NCBI GenBank assembly: GCA_963815455.1
Contig: CAWFGO010000005.1
Span: forward strand, 128,001 to 192,000
Source: an uncultured Verrucomicrobiae bacterium
Lineage (GTDB): Bacteria; Verrucomicrobiota; Verrucomicrobiia; Chthoniobacterales; UBA10450
DNA length: 64,000 nt
Reading direction: 5' to 3'
Part shown: positions 32,870-44,081 of the stretch, piece by piece
How the letters are laid out: each line of letters begins with the position of its first letter
Position numbering within the stretch: position 1 is the first letter of the stretch
The notes under the pieces: model-generated
Told to the model about the DNA's origin: nothing
Seen by the model: the letters and a program-made list of their open reading frames with translations, nothing else
The model's database searches: none
Position numbers and translations under genes: made by a program

Positions 32870-33958
32870 TCACGTGGGTGAGACTCCGGCATTGGTGAAC
32901 GCCGCTGCATATTGCGGAGGTAGATCGCGAGACAGCAATCCCAATTGCTTTCTCATTTTGAGTCCCATTCCATTAACGCCGTCCCAGGCCTCGTTTCCCA
33001 GGGAGTCGCTAAGCCAACCATTAAGTTTGGCAACAGCGTCAGCTAAGAGCTGATCCGAAATGATTGCCAGATCCGGCGTGACTTGGGCTACCAAATTATC
33101 CAGACGCCCTTTCACCGCCTCCTCGATCATCGCAAACAGCCGAATTGCGACGCGCTCGGCAGTCTGACTCGTCTTCGGTCCGAGACCGAGAATGATGTTC
33201 TCCACCGCTTCCATCTGTTCGTCGTAGGCCGCAGCGATCGTGCTCATCCAGACATAAAACAATTCGTTCGGCGACAGTTCCCGAGCGAGTTCCTTCAGCA
33301 CCTTGAGACGGTGGGTAACAAGAGGGTGTTTTCCCGAGGGGAAAACGAACCCGAGCTTTTCCAGCAAGCAGAAAACCCGTATCGCAAGCACGATTCCCGC
33401 GTATCGCATTCTGTATTGGCCGGATTGGGCCGAACGCAAAACAAGGTTGATCGCGAAAACATCTGCTTGGGTTTCTTCGCTCGGAAATGCTTTCGCCGTC
33501 GCTTCGTCGGGCCAATATCCGCTGTAGATCATCACGTGACCGAGTTCGTGTGCTAGGACAAATGCCTCGGCACGTGTCGCCAGATATTCCGCAATCTCCC
33601 GCTGCCCTTCTTGGATCAGAAACAAGGGATGCTGATATCGCTGTCCATTCCAAAATCGGCCCGCTTGCCATTCCTTAAACACGTCCGCAACGCGATGGGT
33701 GAGCTCCTCCTGGGACAAACTCGGCTGTTCGATCTCGCCCGGCCTGAATTCCCGTTGGGCGCCACATAGAATTCGCGTGATGGTGTAATAAAACTCCATG
33801 AAGCCGCTATAGAGCTCGACCGTGAATTGATCCTCCCCAACCCGCTTTGTGCGCGCTTGCGGTTCCGCGATGCCAACCTCGCCTATCGCCAATGCGCCCG
33901 AGTTCACCTTCTCCAAAAGAGGCTGGGGCAGCGCCGGATGATACGACTTGAATATCAC
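32870..33958 (-). CDS. HEXXH zinc metallopeptidase, Lit (peptidase U49)-like
   Basis: FVLAHELGH, EETQADVFA, HPLVTHRL. Confidence 0.7.
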   Translation of the reverse strand: MIFKSYHPALPQPLLEKVNSGALAIGEVGIAEPQARTKRVGEDQFTVELYSGFMEFYYTITRILCGAQREFRPGEIEQPSLSQEELTHRVADVFKEWQAGRFWNGQRYQHPLFLIQEGQREIAEYLATRAEAFVLAHELGHVMIYSGYWPDEATAKAFPSEETQADVFAINLVLRSAQSGQYRMRYAGIVLAIRVFCLLEKLGFVFPSGKHPLVTHRLKVLKELARELSPNELFYVWMSTIAAAYDEQMEAVENIILGLGPKTSQTAERVAIRLFAMIEEAVKGRLDNLVAQVTPDLAIISDQLLADAVAKLNGWLSDSLGNEAWDGVNGMGLKMRKQLGLLSRDLPPQYAAAFTNAGVSPT

Positions 33959-34112
33959 GACCGCGCGATCCTCCCGATTCCAAGGTGGGAAAGACCGCTG
34001 GCGACCGGAAGTTCTTGCTGCGCTTTGGTGCTCACTCAGTTCCCCTGCAACTACAATTCACGTGAGCTTGCAAGCGGGTTAGCTGCCGGCGAAAAAAAAC
34101 GGCGCCATCAAA

Positions 34113-34646
34113 TTAACCCGGGTTGATCTTGCTAAGAACTTCGGGGATCTGAGCTGCAATCGCTGCCGACTCGAACGAATCGCTCTTCTTGAGATCCTCT
34201 AGCAGCTTTGCCAAAGCACTGTTGGATGTGGATGACGGCAAGCCGATAAAATTCTTTTCGTCGGAATGGGTTTTGGCGGTTGCCTTTTGCAAGGAATCGA
34301 CCAGCGATAATTTCGCCACGCTCTCAGCTTGCGCTTGGGCCATTTTTGTCAACAAGCTGCCACCACCGAGTCCTACAACGATGGAACTCCCGATTTGGAA
34401 AAAGGTTATGTGCAGCTCGGTCGAAAACGCTGCAAACACATCCGAAGTGGCAAAGGGTCCATATACACACCACACAACGAGCGCGGCGATGGCCCCGACC
34501 AAAATGTTTCCTAGCCAACCTGGGCGCCAAACACCCGAAACGCTATCCCGGCCCATGGCCACAAACTCTTTTGCCACGAGGCAATTTGCCAGCCCGCCTA
34601 AACACCCAGCAACCGCAATCATTATCAACAATAATCCAGTGTGCAT
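34113..34646 (-). CDS. Three-TM membrane protein, DUF4257/YLATT-like
   Basis: AGCLGGLAN, WRPGWLGNILVGAIAA, VGLGG..LL. Confidence 0.65.
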   Translation of the reverse strand: MHTGLLLIMIAVAGCLGGLANCLVAKEFVAMGRDSVSGVWRPGWLGNILVGAIAALVVWCVYGPFATSDVFAAFSTELHITFFQIGSSIVVGLGGGSLLTKMAQAQAESVAKLSLVDSLQKATAKTHSDEKNFIGLPSSTSNSALAKLLEDLKKSDSFESAAIAAQIPEVLSKINPG

Positions 34647-35314
34647 ACTCGTGCCTTTGTCTTTGATTTCAGTTAAGTAAAAACTAAGCTATTCGTCAAT
34701 GCCAAGGACGGCTTCCGCATCAGGATTGACTAAAAAGTAGGCCGCCTCGAGATGACAAGCGATCAACGCGAAAACGATTCGGGTATTCATGCGTTTTGGT
34801 TGGCGTGACTGGATCGCATTAACTCTTATCATCGCCATTTTGCCAGCTCAATGCCGAAGCGCCAAAGTTCGTTGCGGCGGGACACCGCAAGTCCGAGCTC
34901 TCCACGGCGAGTCTGCGACCGGACCGGCATTGCGCCCGCGACCCGCACACGGCGGGCAGGCTGGGCGCGCTACCCGGGAAGGCTGAAGATCAATCGTGAT
35001 TCGTGTTCATTCGTGCTTGCCACGCCGTAGGTCGAGGCGGCGACCGAAGGAGGGTCGATTCGTGGTTAATGCTCTGTCCTTTGTTCTCTTCGTTGCCTTC
35101 TGTGAATCTGTATTCCCCGAAGATCGACGGTCATTCGCCTTCGCACGCTTCCTCCTACGCGCAAGGCTTCCGATTCTTCGCCATCCGCCTTCGCTGCACT
35201 ACGGCGCGACAAGAGGCTACGGCGTGGCAAGCAAGTCGGCGCGGCAGGCACGAAAATGCGGAGCGCAATTGCTGTTAATCCAAACCCTTTCGTGTATTTG
35301 GCGTGTTTAGGAAG

Positions 35315-35459
35315 GGCAGGAAGGAGTCGGTCCTTTTTTCCTGCATTTGATGCGGGTATGGTCGGAGGCGACGGCCGCGTAAAGCTTCAGCTCGCCACGC
35401 GGCTGGAGGGAGCGTAAGGCCCCGGTGGGGCCACGCGTAAAGAGGTGACGAGTGACGCG
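35315..35459 (+). repeat. Intact copy of the structured repeat
   Basis: ggagtcggtcctttt..tgcatttgat..gccgcgtaaagcttcagctcgccacgcggc..ggccccggtggggcc. Confidence 0.9.
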
Positions 35460-35607
35460 TGACAAGTGACGAGACTGAAAGGCGGATTGGGTCGACGGTC
35501 AGAGACCGCCGCTACAGGGGATTTGAAAGCTGCGACAGTTGAGGGCCACGCACGTTTACGGGGGTTTTTTCTCGTTCCGGGGAAAGAACAGTGCTAATTT
35601 TGCGGGA

Positions 35608-35811
35608 ATGAGCACGCTTGCTGAGATTGAAGCCGCTGTGGAGGCTCTCTCCCTTGAGCAAAAACAGGAACTGCTCAGGTTCCTTGCGTCACACGTGAAT
35701 GGTGCTGACACCGAAAAAAATCTCAGCGACCTGACTCAGTTCGTTGGAACCATCCGTCTATCCGAGGATCCGCTCGCGTGGCAGCGGCGCGTGCGCGGCG
35801 AGTGGGCATAA
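35608..35811 (+). CDS. Putative antitoxin
   Basis: MSTLAEIEAAVEAL...DPLAWQRRVRGEW; TAATG overlap with the PIN gene. Confidence 0.75.
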   Translation: MSTLAEIEAAVEALSLEQKQELLRFLASHVNGADTEKNLSDLTQFVGTIRLSEDPLAWQRRVRGEWA

Positions 35812-36170
35812 TGGGGTTGCTTGATACCAACGTCGCGCTTTATCTGCTTGGCGGACGATTGGCCAAACCGCTGCCGGCCGGGAACTACGCCATTTCGGTA
35901 ATCACGGAAATGGAGCTTCTCTCCTGGCCGTCACTGACAACCGAAGATGAAAGAAAGGTTCGCGATTTCATCGCACAACTGACTGTCTATGAATTGACTC
36001 CTCCAATTCGAAACATGGCTATACAAGTTCGAAAAGCCGAACGACTGAAATTACCGGATGCAATTGTCTGTGCCACTGCTCTTGAATTCGAGATGGTCCT
36101 TTGGACAAACGACGAAACGCTCATGAAAGTGCCGGGATTGGTGTGCCGCTCGGTGGCGCTCACGGCCTAG
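35811..36170 (+). CDS. vapC: VapC-family PIN-domain toxin
   Basis: LLDTNV, SVITEMELL, LKLPDAIV.ATA, L.TND. Confidence 0.92.
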   Translation: MGLLDTNVALYLLGGRLAKPLPAGNYAISVITEMELLSWPSLTTEDERKVRDFIAQLTVYELTPPIRNMAIQVRKAERLKLPDAIVCATALEFEMVLWTNDETLMKVPGLVCRSVALTA

Positions 36171-36610
36171 TCTTCGGCCCATTCACGCGAAATCTGACTT
36201 GGAGAAATTCGTTGCGACGGGACACCGCAACCAGCACGCGAGACGCGTGCGCTACCCGGAACGAGGGACACCGCGGTCGGCGCCCGCGGCTACAGATCAT
36301 CTCGGACAAGTCGATTTCGCCTTCGTTGTCTTCGTTTCCTTCTGTGATTCAAGAAAGTGACGAGTGACAAGTGACGAGTGACGAGACTGAAAGGCCGGAA
36401 TGGGTCGACGGTCGTCCGCCTTCGCACGCTACGGCGCGATAAATAGACCGCCGCTACAGATGCTTCCGATCTTCGCGATCGGCCCACACGCGAGGGCGCG
36501 TATGCTCCCCGGAACCTGGAAAATCTTGTGAAAATTCTTGTTGCCCTCCTTCGCCAAGGCTTCGGCGTGGCAGGCAGGAATACAAGTCACGAAATCCGCA
36601 GGATTTTCGT

Positions 36611-36638
36611 TTGACGAATTGGCGAACCCCTCTATCTT
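36611..36638 (+). promoter_or_regulatory. Putative sigma70 rRNA promoter (TTGACG-N16-TATCTT), with a boxA-like GGATCTTTGACA at 36785-36796
   Basis: Consensus match with a 16-bp spacer upstream of the 16S gene. Confidence 0.65.
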
Positions 36639-37176
36639 GTGTGTCCCGCGATAAACGGGGCGGTCGCCTGCAAGGTGGCTGATGTTCTCCGGGGCTCAGG
36701 GTCGAGCCGACCTCCTCGCGGTTGAGGCGTTTATACGTTGAGATGTTGAGGGGTTGGATTTTGCCATGTACCGGTGATGAACCTGGATCTTTGACAGTTT
36801 GGTTTTGAGTTCGCGCACGACTGGATCAGTCCGCCTTTTTTGATCGCTTCCGCCTCCGCAAGAGGCTACGGCGTGACAAGACGGCGTGATGAAATCCGAA
36901 GCGAATTTCAAAATGTGATAATGAAGTCAGCGAAAATTGAATTGTGCGTTACTTAGTCATTTTCTTTGGAAAATAGTTTAAGATCGACGAACCCCAGCTG
37001 CTTCCTTTAGCTGATTGTACTTCTCCGGATGCATTGGCCGGCGCACGCAACAGTGCCAGGCCACGGAGATACAGTCGGTTGAAGGAAGTAGCTGGGTTAG
37101 AAGGTCAGATTTATGTCGGCCCCGTAGCGGGGTTCGACGCAAACTTTGAAGCGCTCGCAAGAGTGTTTCACCGTTT

Positions 37177-38842
<1,666 letters not shown>

Positions 38843-39021
38843 CCGCTGAAGAATTTTCGAATGTCGATTTTCGATTTTCGATCTTTCTGAAGCAGTAGGT
38901 CGACGGCTAAACCCACGGAGAAATCCGCGGATATGTCGTTAAGCCCTTGGAATCGAAAGAAACCAAGGCTCAGAGAAAACGACGGTAACGCACAATTCAG
39001 TCTTTGCTGCACATCGACTGC

Positions 39022-39068
39022 AATGCCGGATGACGAATCGCAAGATCGACATCCGGCATTTCATTTTT
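39022..39068 (+). terminator. Terminator-like hairpin ending the 16S transcription unit
   Basis: aatgccggatg...catccggcatt followed by tcattttt. Confidence 0.7.
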
Positions 39069-39272
39069 CGTGGCATCGGTATCCTGCCGATGATCATGGG
39101 CTGGAAGCCCATGCCACGTTGCAGGCGTCTGTGTCAGACGCCGTGTAGAGGCGGCCGTGTCGGCCGCAAAGAAGCTCTGAATCAGGAACGCACGAACGCA
39201 GGAAGAAGAGGGGACTAATCAGGAAGCAAAGTCGGTGGAGCGAGACTCTGTCGAGCCGACTGTTCAGAGCCG

Positions 39273-40109
39273 CTACGGCTTCTTGGGAGTGGCGTGGGGA
39301 TTCCCCGGAGGAAAGGGCGTGAGCATGGAAGCCGGGGTGGGTGACGGCGCCATCTTTTGTTCCACAATCTTAAGGTGCGACTGGGCATCGGCGTCTCCGG
39401 GCTTGAGCTTTAGGATTGTGCGCAGATCCGCTGCCGCCTTCTCGTTTTCATTTAACAGGGTGTAAGCATAGGCGCGGCGGCGATAAGCTTCCGGATCCTT
39501 TGATTTCTGCTCGATCACCTTGGTGAAATCGGCGACCGCTTCCTTGTATTTGCCAACGTTGCGATAGGCAAATCCGCGCCGCTCGTGCCCTTGCTCGTCG
39601 TTTGGCATCCGCTCCAGGAGCTTGCTGTAATCTTCGATCGCTTTGTTCCAATTTTCCTTTCGCAGATAGGCATAGGCGCGGAACCGGCGCGCCGTGGTGT
39701 CGTTGGCATCGATGTTCAACGCCTTGTCCAGATCGGCGATGCCTTCATCGACTCGATTCTGGGCCAACTCCGATTCACCGCGCCCGGCGTAGCCGCTGGC
39801 GGATTTCGGGTTCAACTCGATTACTTTCGAGAAATCTTGCGCAGCCTTGTCCCACTTCTGCATCAGTTTGTAGGCCGTGCCCCGATTGCTGTAATTTTTT
39901 TCATCGCCGGGCTGGGCCTCGATTGCTTTGGTGAATTCCTCGACGGCTTTTTCGTACTGCTTTTTTCGGGCAAATTGGACACCGCGATTGGTGTGGCCGC
40001 CGGGATCACCCGATGCCTCGCGGGATTTCGCCTCGGCCGGGCCGGACGTCAAAAACGGAATTGCCAGACAGATAATTATTGCGCATTGCTTGGTTCGATT
40101 TGATTTCAT
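39273..40109 (-). CDS. Secreted TPR-repeat protein
   Basis: Signal peptide; about six TPRs (YSNRG, AYRRRA, DFSKVIEL.P). Confidence 0.9.
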   Translation of the reverse strand: MKSNRTKQCAIIICLAIPFLTSGPAEAKSREASGDPGGHTNRGVQFARKKQYEKAVEEFTKAIEAQPGDEKNYSNRGTAYKLMQKWDKAAQDFSKVIELNPKSASGYAGRGESELAQNRVDEGIADLDKALNIDANDTTARRFRAYAYLRKENWNKAIEDYSKLLERMPNDEQGHERRGFAYRNVGKYKEAVADFTKVIEQKSKDPEAYRRRAYAYTLLNENEKAAADLRTILKLKPGDADAQSHLKIVEQKMAPSPTPASMLTPFPPGNPHATPKKP

Positions 40110-40197
40110 GTATTGCAAGAAATAGCAGAATGGAATTATTCGGAGTAGATTGCGCGTCATACAACGCTGTTGGGCGCAAATCTTTTCCAAGATGACG

Positions 40198-40581
40198 ATG
40201 AAATCAATCCGATGTTTGATTACGGTGGCGGTTTGTTTCTTCGCTTTCGGGTGCTGGGGAGGCGCTTCCAGGCCCTCGGTCAATTCGGTCGCAGCCGGCC
40301 GCTATGGTCACCAGCTGCACGACCAGTTTTATGAGGCGTGGGTACAACCGCCGGCAGTGGCTTTGCCGAGAGGGAAGGTCTCTGTGCCGGTGGATGTGAC
40401 AATCGCCGGCGACGGTCGAGTTCAGGATTTCCGGATCGCGAAGGGCTCCGGCAACGACAGGATCGACAAGTCGATCGCGGCGGTGGGAACGAAAATCAAG
40501 CAAGTTGCACCGCCGCCCGACACGGCTTCGGGAAAGACTTTCAAGCTCAGGATCTATTTCGAGCTCGATGTGAAGCGCTAG
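40198..40581 (+). CDS. TonB/TolA C-terminal domain protein
   Basis: W..P....V.V.VTIAGDGRV....I.KGSGN...DKS. Confidence 0.8.
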   Translation: MKSIRCLITVAVCFFAFGCWGGASRPSVNSVAAGRYGHQLHDQFYEAWVQPPAVALPRGKVSVPVDVTIAGDGRVQDFRIAKGSGNDRIDKSIAAVGTKIKQVAPPPDTASGKTFKLRIYFELDVKR

Positions 40582-40582
40582 G

Positions 40583-41500
40583 GTGACGCGTTTTCCTCAA
40601 GAAGTGCGACGGTCAGAGACCGCCGCTACAAGCGCTCGAAAGAGTGGCGGTGACATTGCGACCCGTATTGGGCGGCGTCCCGTCCTCTGGTTGAACATGG
40701 TTTGTCTTGATGCGCCGCTGGTGGCGATTTGCTGGCAATGGCTGTTTGCCAGTTCCTTTCACGTCGCGGTATCGGATCCGGCTCGGGCTGCATTGTTTCT
40801 GACCGCCTGGCTGATATATCTGATCGATCGACTGGCCGATTCTGTTTCACTCAAACCGAGTTCTGAAAAATCTGTGCGACAAGAATTTTGTCTACGACAT
40901 ACTAGCATCTGGGTCGGGCTGATCCTGGTAATCGCGTTGCTGGATGCTGCCATCGTTCTTGCCCAGCTCGATCGCCGTCTCATTCTGTGGGGTGCATTTT
41001 TGGGAGGCGCAGCATTTCTCTATTTGGCGCTCAACTACGCGCTCAACCGGTTCTGGAAAACCATTCCAATCAAAGAGATCGTTATCGGATTTTTATTTGC
41101 TCTCGGGACTCTGCTGGTCGTCGCTCCTGAACTATCGAGCGCAACATCGACATCGATCGTCGCGGCATTGCTGTTCGCTGCGCTCTGCTCGCTCAATTGC
41201 ATGAGCATAGCCGTGTGGGAACGCGATCTCGATTGGAACCAGGAAAAACATTCCATCGCCACGCGTTGGCCGTCCTTGGACTTCTTGGTGCGCCCTTCGT
41301 GTTTTTTACTGGCGGCCGCTTCGCTGCTGGTCGCCGCTATCGATCACGTTTTGTTGCCCCTGGGAGTTTGTCTCGCAATCAGCGCCATCCTTCTCGCCGC
41401 GCTCCATGCGATGTCGATCCAGCGGGATGCGCGCACTGCGCTGGCTGATCTGGTCCTTCTTGCGCCGGCCGTGCTGTTCTGTGCCGAAATCGTTTTGTGA
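40583..41500 (+). CDS. UbiA-like multi-pass membrane protein (true start may be downstream)
   Basis: LDAPLVA..WQ, WLIYLIDRLAD and KE motifs; the first codons overlap an intergenic repeat. Confidence 0.7.
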   Translation: MTRFPQEVRRSETAATSARKSGGDIATRIGRRPVLWLNMVCLDAPLVAICWQWLFASSFHVAVSDPARAALFLTAWLIYLIDRLADSVSLKPSSEKSVRQEFCLRHTSIWVGLILVIALLDAAIVLAQLDRRLILWGAFLGGAAFLYLALNYALNRFWKTIPIKEIVIGFLFALGTLLVVAPELSSATSTSIVAALLFAALCSLNCMSIAVWERDLDWNQEKHSIATRWPSLDFLVRPSCFLLAAASLLVAAIDHVLLPLGVCLAISAILLAALHAMSIQRDARTALADLVLLAPAVLFCAEIVL

Positions 41501-42143
41501 GCTTCGATCGCATCGCGCCCCATTATCGTTGGCTGGAGACGCTCGCTTTTGGATCCACATTGCAAAAGGCGCGAACTCGCTGGATCCAATCGATCGATGC
41601 ACCGAAGCGGGTTTTGATTCTGGGCGAAGGTGACGGCCGGTTTCTCTGCGAATTCTTGCGGGTTCATCCGGGCGCCGCTGTCGATTGTGTCGATGCGAGC
41701 GCACGGATGCTGGAGCGGGCGCGGCGGCGTGTGCGGAGGGTTTTACCGAAGGCGGTCGATCGCGTGAGATTTTTTCAGGAAGATATCATTTCCTGGTCGT
41801 CCCCCCGTTCCTACGACCTTTTAATCGCAAATTTTTCCTCGATTGCTTTAAGCGCGACGAACTGAATTCAATTATTCGTAAGCTCGCCCAGGCGGCGACA
41901 TCGGATGCGCATTTGATTCTGGCCGATTTTTCGATTCCGCCGAGAGGACTGGCCAGGATGCACGCCAAACTTTGGCTGGCGCGATGTATTGTTGTTTTCG
42001 GCTCACCGCCGGTATTCAAGCGACGCGGTTGATCGATCCGACCAGCGAATTGGAAGCGAACGGTTTTATTTGTGGCGCGCGATCGCAATGGCGGTTTGGG
42101 ACTTGTGAAAGCAGAGCTTTGGCGGCGCGGTCGAGGGAGTTGA
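41497..42143 (+). CDS. Class I SAM methyltransferase (frameshifted)
   Basis: FDRIAPHYRWLE, VLILGEGDGRFL, VDASARM, FFLDCF across frames. Confidence 0.8.
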
Positions 42144-42168
42144 CCCGCAGTTCGAAGTCTCGTATGGT
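42140..42168 (+). promoter_or_regulatory. Putative sigma70 promoter TTGACC-N17-TATGGT
   Basis: Ends 7 nt before the riboswitch start. Confidence 0.65.
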
Positions 42169-42175
42169 GTGGCCA

Positions 42176-42240
42176 GGCAATGGAGTTTGCCTTCTTTCGC
42201 GATGGCGAGAAGAAAACCGCGAGAGCTAATGACTCCTGCC
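42176..42240 (+). ncRNA. Fluoride riboswitch (crcB motif)
   Basis: GGCAATGGAGTTTGCC...AACCGC..GCTAATGACTCCT directly upstream of crcB. Confidence 0.93.
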
Positions 42241-42279
42241 AAAGCCCCATTTTTTGGGGCCATTGGTTGGAGTTTTTTT

Positions 42280-42670
42280 ATGCTCAATTATCTCTGGGTC
42301 ATGTTAGGCGGTGCGATCGGGACCGGGGCCCGCTTCTGGGCGTCGGGCTTTGTCGCGCAACGAGCCGGTGAATTTTTTCCGGTCGGCACGCTCGTGGTCA
42401 ACGTCACGGGATCGTTCATCGTCGGCTTTTTCGCTGCCCTCACCGATCCTCAAGGAGCGTTTCTGGTGTCACCGCGGTATCGCCAGTTTTTCATGATCGG
42501 GGTGTGCGGCGGGTACACCACGTTTTCATCATTCAGCTTACAGACTCTCGATCTTTTTCAGGACGGCGATTGGTTTAGAGCCGGACTGAACGTGTCTGCT
42601 TACTCTTGCCTGTTGTTTGGTCGCGGTGTGGCTCGGACGAATTTTCGCTCTCGCCCTGATGCCAAAGTAG
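42280..42670 (+). CDS. crcB: Fluoride efflux channel CrcB/Fluc (frameshift near 42600)
   Basis: GGAIGTGAR, FPVGTLVVN, GVCGGYTTFSSF. Confidence 0.93.
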
Positions 42671-42685
42671 AATGTAAAACAACGT

Positions 42686-43033
42686 ATGCATCTTCCAGAA
42701 GACGCGGTCCTATTGCGAATTTTCATCGGCGAAAGCGATCGCTACAAACATCGGCCATTATACGAAGCGATTGTGATGAAAGCGCGCGAACGTCATCTGG
42801 CCGGCGCGACGGTGTTGCGCGGCCCAATGGGGTTTGGCGCGGCCAGCCGGATTCACACCGCGAAGATTCTGCGCTTGTCGATGGATTTGCCGATGGTGAT
42901 CGAGATCGTCGATAGCGAAAAAAACATCAACGCGTTTCTTCCTGATCTGGAGCAAATGATCGGCGGCGGCCTGGTCACGCTCGAGAAAATCAAGGTGATC
43001 CATTACCGGCACGAGAAACCGAAAGAAGGATAG
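42686..43033 (+). CDS. DUF190 (PII-like) protein
   Basis: LRIFIGESD, LAGATVLRG..GFG, DLPMVIEIVD; a usual crcB neighbour. Confidence 0.92.
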   Translation: MHLPEDAVLLRIFIGESDRYKHRPLYEAIVMKARERHLAGATVLRGPMGFGAASRIHTAKILRLSMDLPMVIEIVDSEKNINAFLPDLEQMIGGGLVTLEKIKVIHYRHEKPKEG

Positions 43034-43132
43034 CACGATCGGCCGTCCGAACGAGGCTTGGTAGATGCCAACTCCGTCGACTCAAATCCTCAGCAAACTA
43101 GGTGTGAACCGACTTTTCGCCCGATGAATTGG

Positions 43133-43558
43133 CTAGGCCGCGCGGGTGCTCTTGCGTTGGCCTTCCTTGAACGTCTTGGCAAAGATCTTCTGGAGAACCT
43201 CTCGGTGCACGTCGCTTAGAGAATTAATATAAAGGCACCCTTTGCCGGTCTTGTGCTTGCCGAGGGCTGAGAGCTCTTTTTCCACTTTGCCCACACCGCC
43301 CATCAAATAGATGGCGATGTTCTGTTTTCTCGGCGAAAAACCGATGATCACGGCGTCGCCCTCGCGCCCGCTCTCGTAAACGTAGTGATATGTTCCGAAC
43401 CCGATAATTGCGCTTCCCCACATCACCGGTTCAGAATTCGAGGCTCTCCTCATCATCTCCAAAATAGCAAAACAATCGTCCCGCAGTTGCTTGTCCTGGA
43501 TCTTGTTCAGGAAAGCCGTCACGCTGCTCTTGGTTGGTTTGGTTTTGTTTTCTGCCAT
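43133..43558 (-). CDS. DUF1801 (YdhG-like) protein
   Basis: MWGSAIIGFG.YHY.YESGREGD, GFSPRK, LGKHKTGKGCLYI. Confidence 0.92.
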   Translation of the reverse strand: MAENKTKPTKSSVTAFLNKIQDKQLRDDCFAILEMMRRASNSEPVMWGSAIIGFGTYHYVYESGREGDAVIIGFSPRKQNIAIYLMGGVGKVEKELSALGKHKTGKGCLYINSLSDVHREVLQKIFAKTFKEGQRKSTRAA

Positions 43559-43850
43559 AAGAATCTAGCCGTCGTTGGAGGTTGCTGTGCTTGCGATCTA
43601 CTCGTGTCGCGTCTCGCACCGCCGAAATGACGTCGTCAGTGCTCGGCCAGGGCCGGCTCAAGAGCTTGGCAACGAGTCCGCCCTTTCGGGAAACGACGGT
43701 ACGACCGTCAACGACGATGTCGAACTGCCCGTGCCGGCCGGCTTCCAGCTTGACGGGAGCGCCCAAAGTGTCGCGGATGAGAGCAGCGAAACTCGCTGCC
43801 TTTGCGGCCGTGGTCCCTCAGGTCTCGCAATAAACGATTCGGATGTCCAT
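43431..43850 (-). CDS. Rdx (SelW/SelT/SelH)-family selenoprotein with CxxU; true 3' end probably near 43600
   Basis: ATG 43850 gives MDIRIVYCET-TGA-G, in frame with ORF 43431..43766 (G..GQFDIVVDG...SRK....P); SECIS-like hairpin at 43783-43799. Confidence 0.8.
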
Positions 43851-44081
43851 GGAATCGACTCTCAACTACTTGTCCCGCCGTCGCAAGACGGTCATCTTTC
43901 AATTTTCCTACTACACCGGCCAGCGGTTGGCCGAAGCGATTGGTTAGGCTCAACGGGTACAGAAATTCTATAATTCCTCAGTACCGTTGCGCGCTTCGAT
44001 TGGTTGCTTCGATTCCAATCTGGAGCTATGACGCTTGAAGGTAAGCCGGCCGAATCGAACCGCGAACATGGCCAAGGTCCA

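Noticed and set aside
32295..32881. Short ORFs between IS3 and the peptidase
   Set aside because: Made of CTTCG..GCTACGGCG repeat units that recur at 35160-35250.
23700..36500. Prophage or classical integron as the origin of the island
   Set aside because: No integrase, phage structural gene, tRNA att site or complete attC was recognised.
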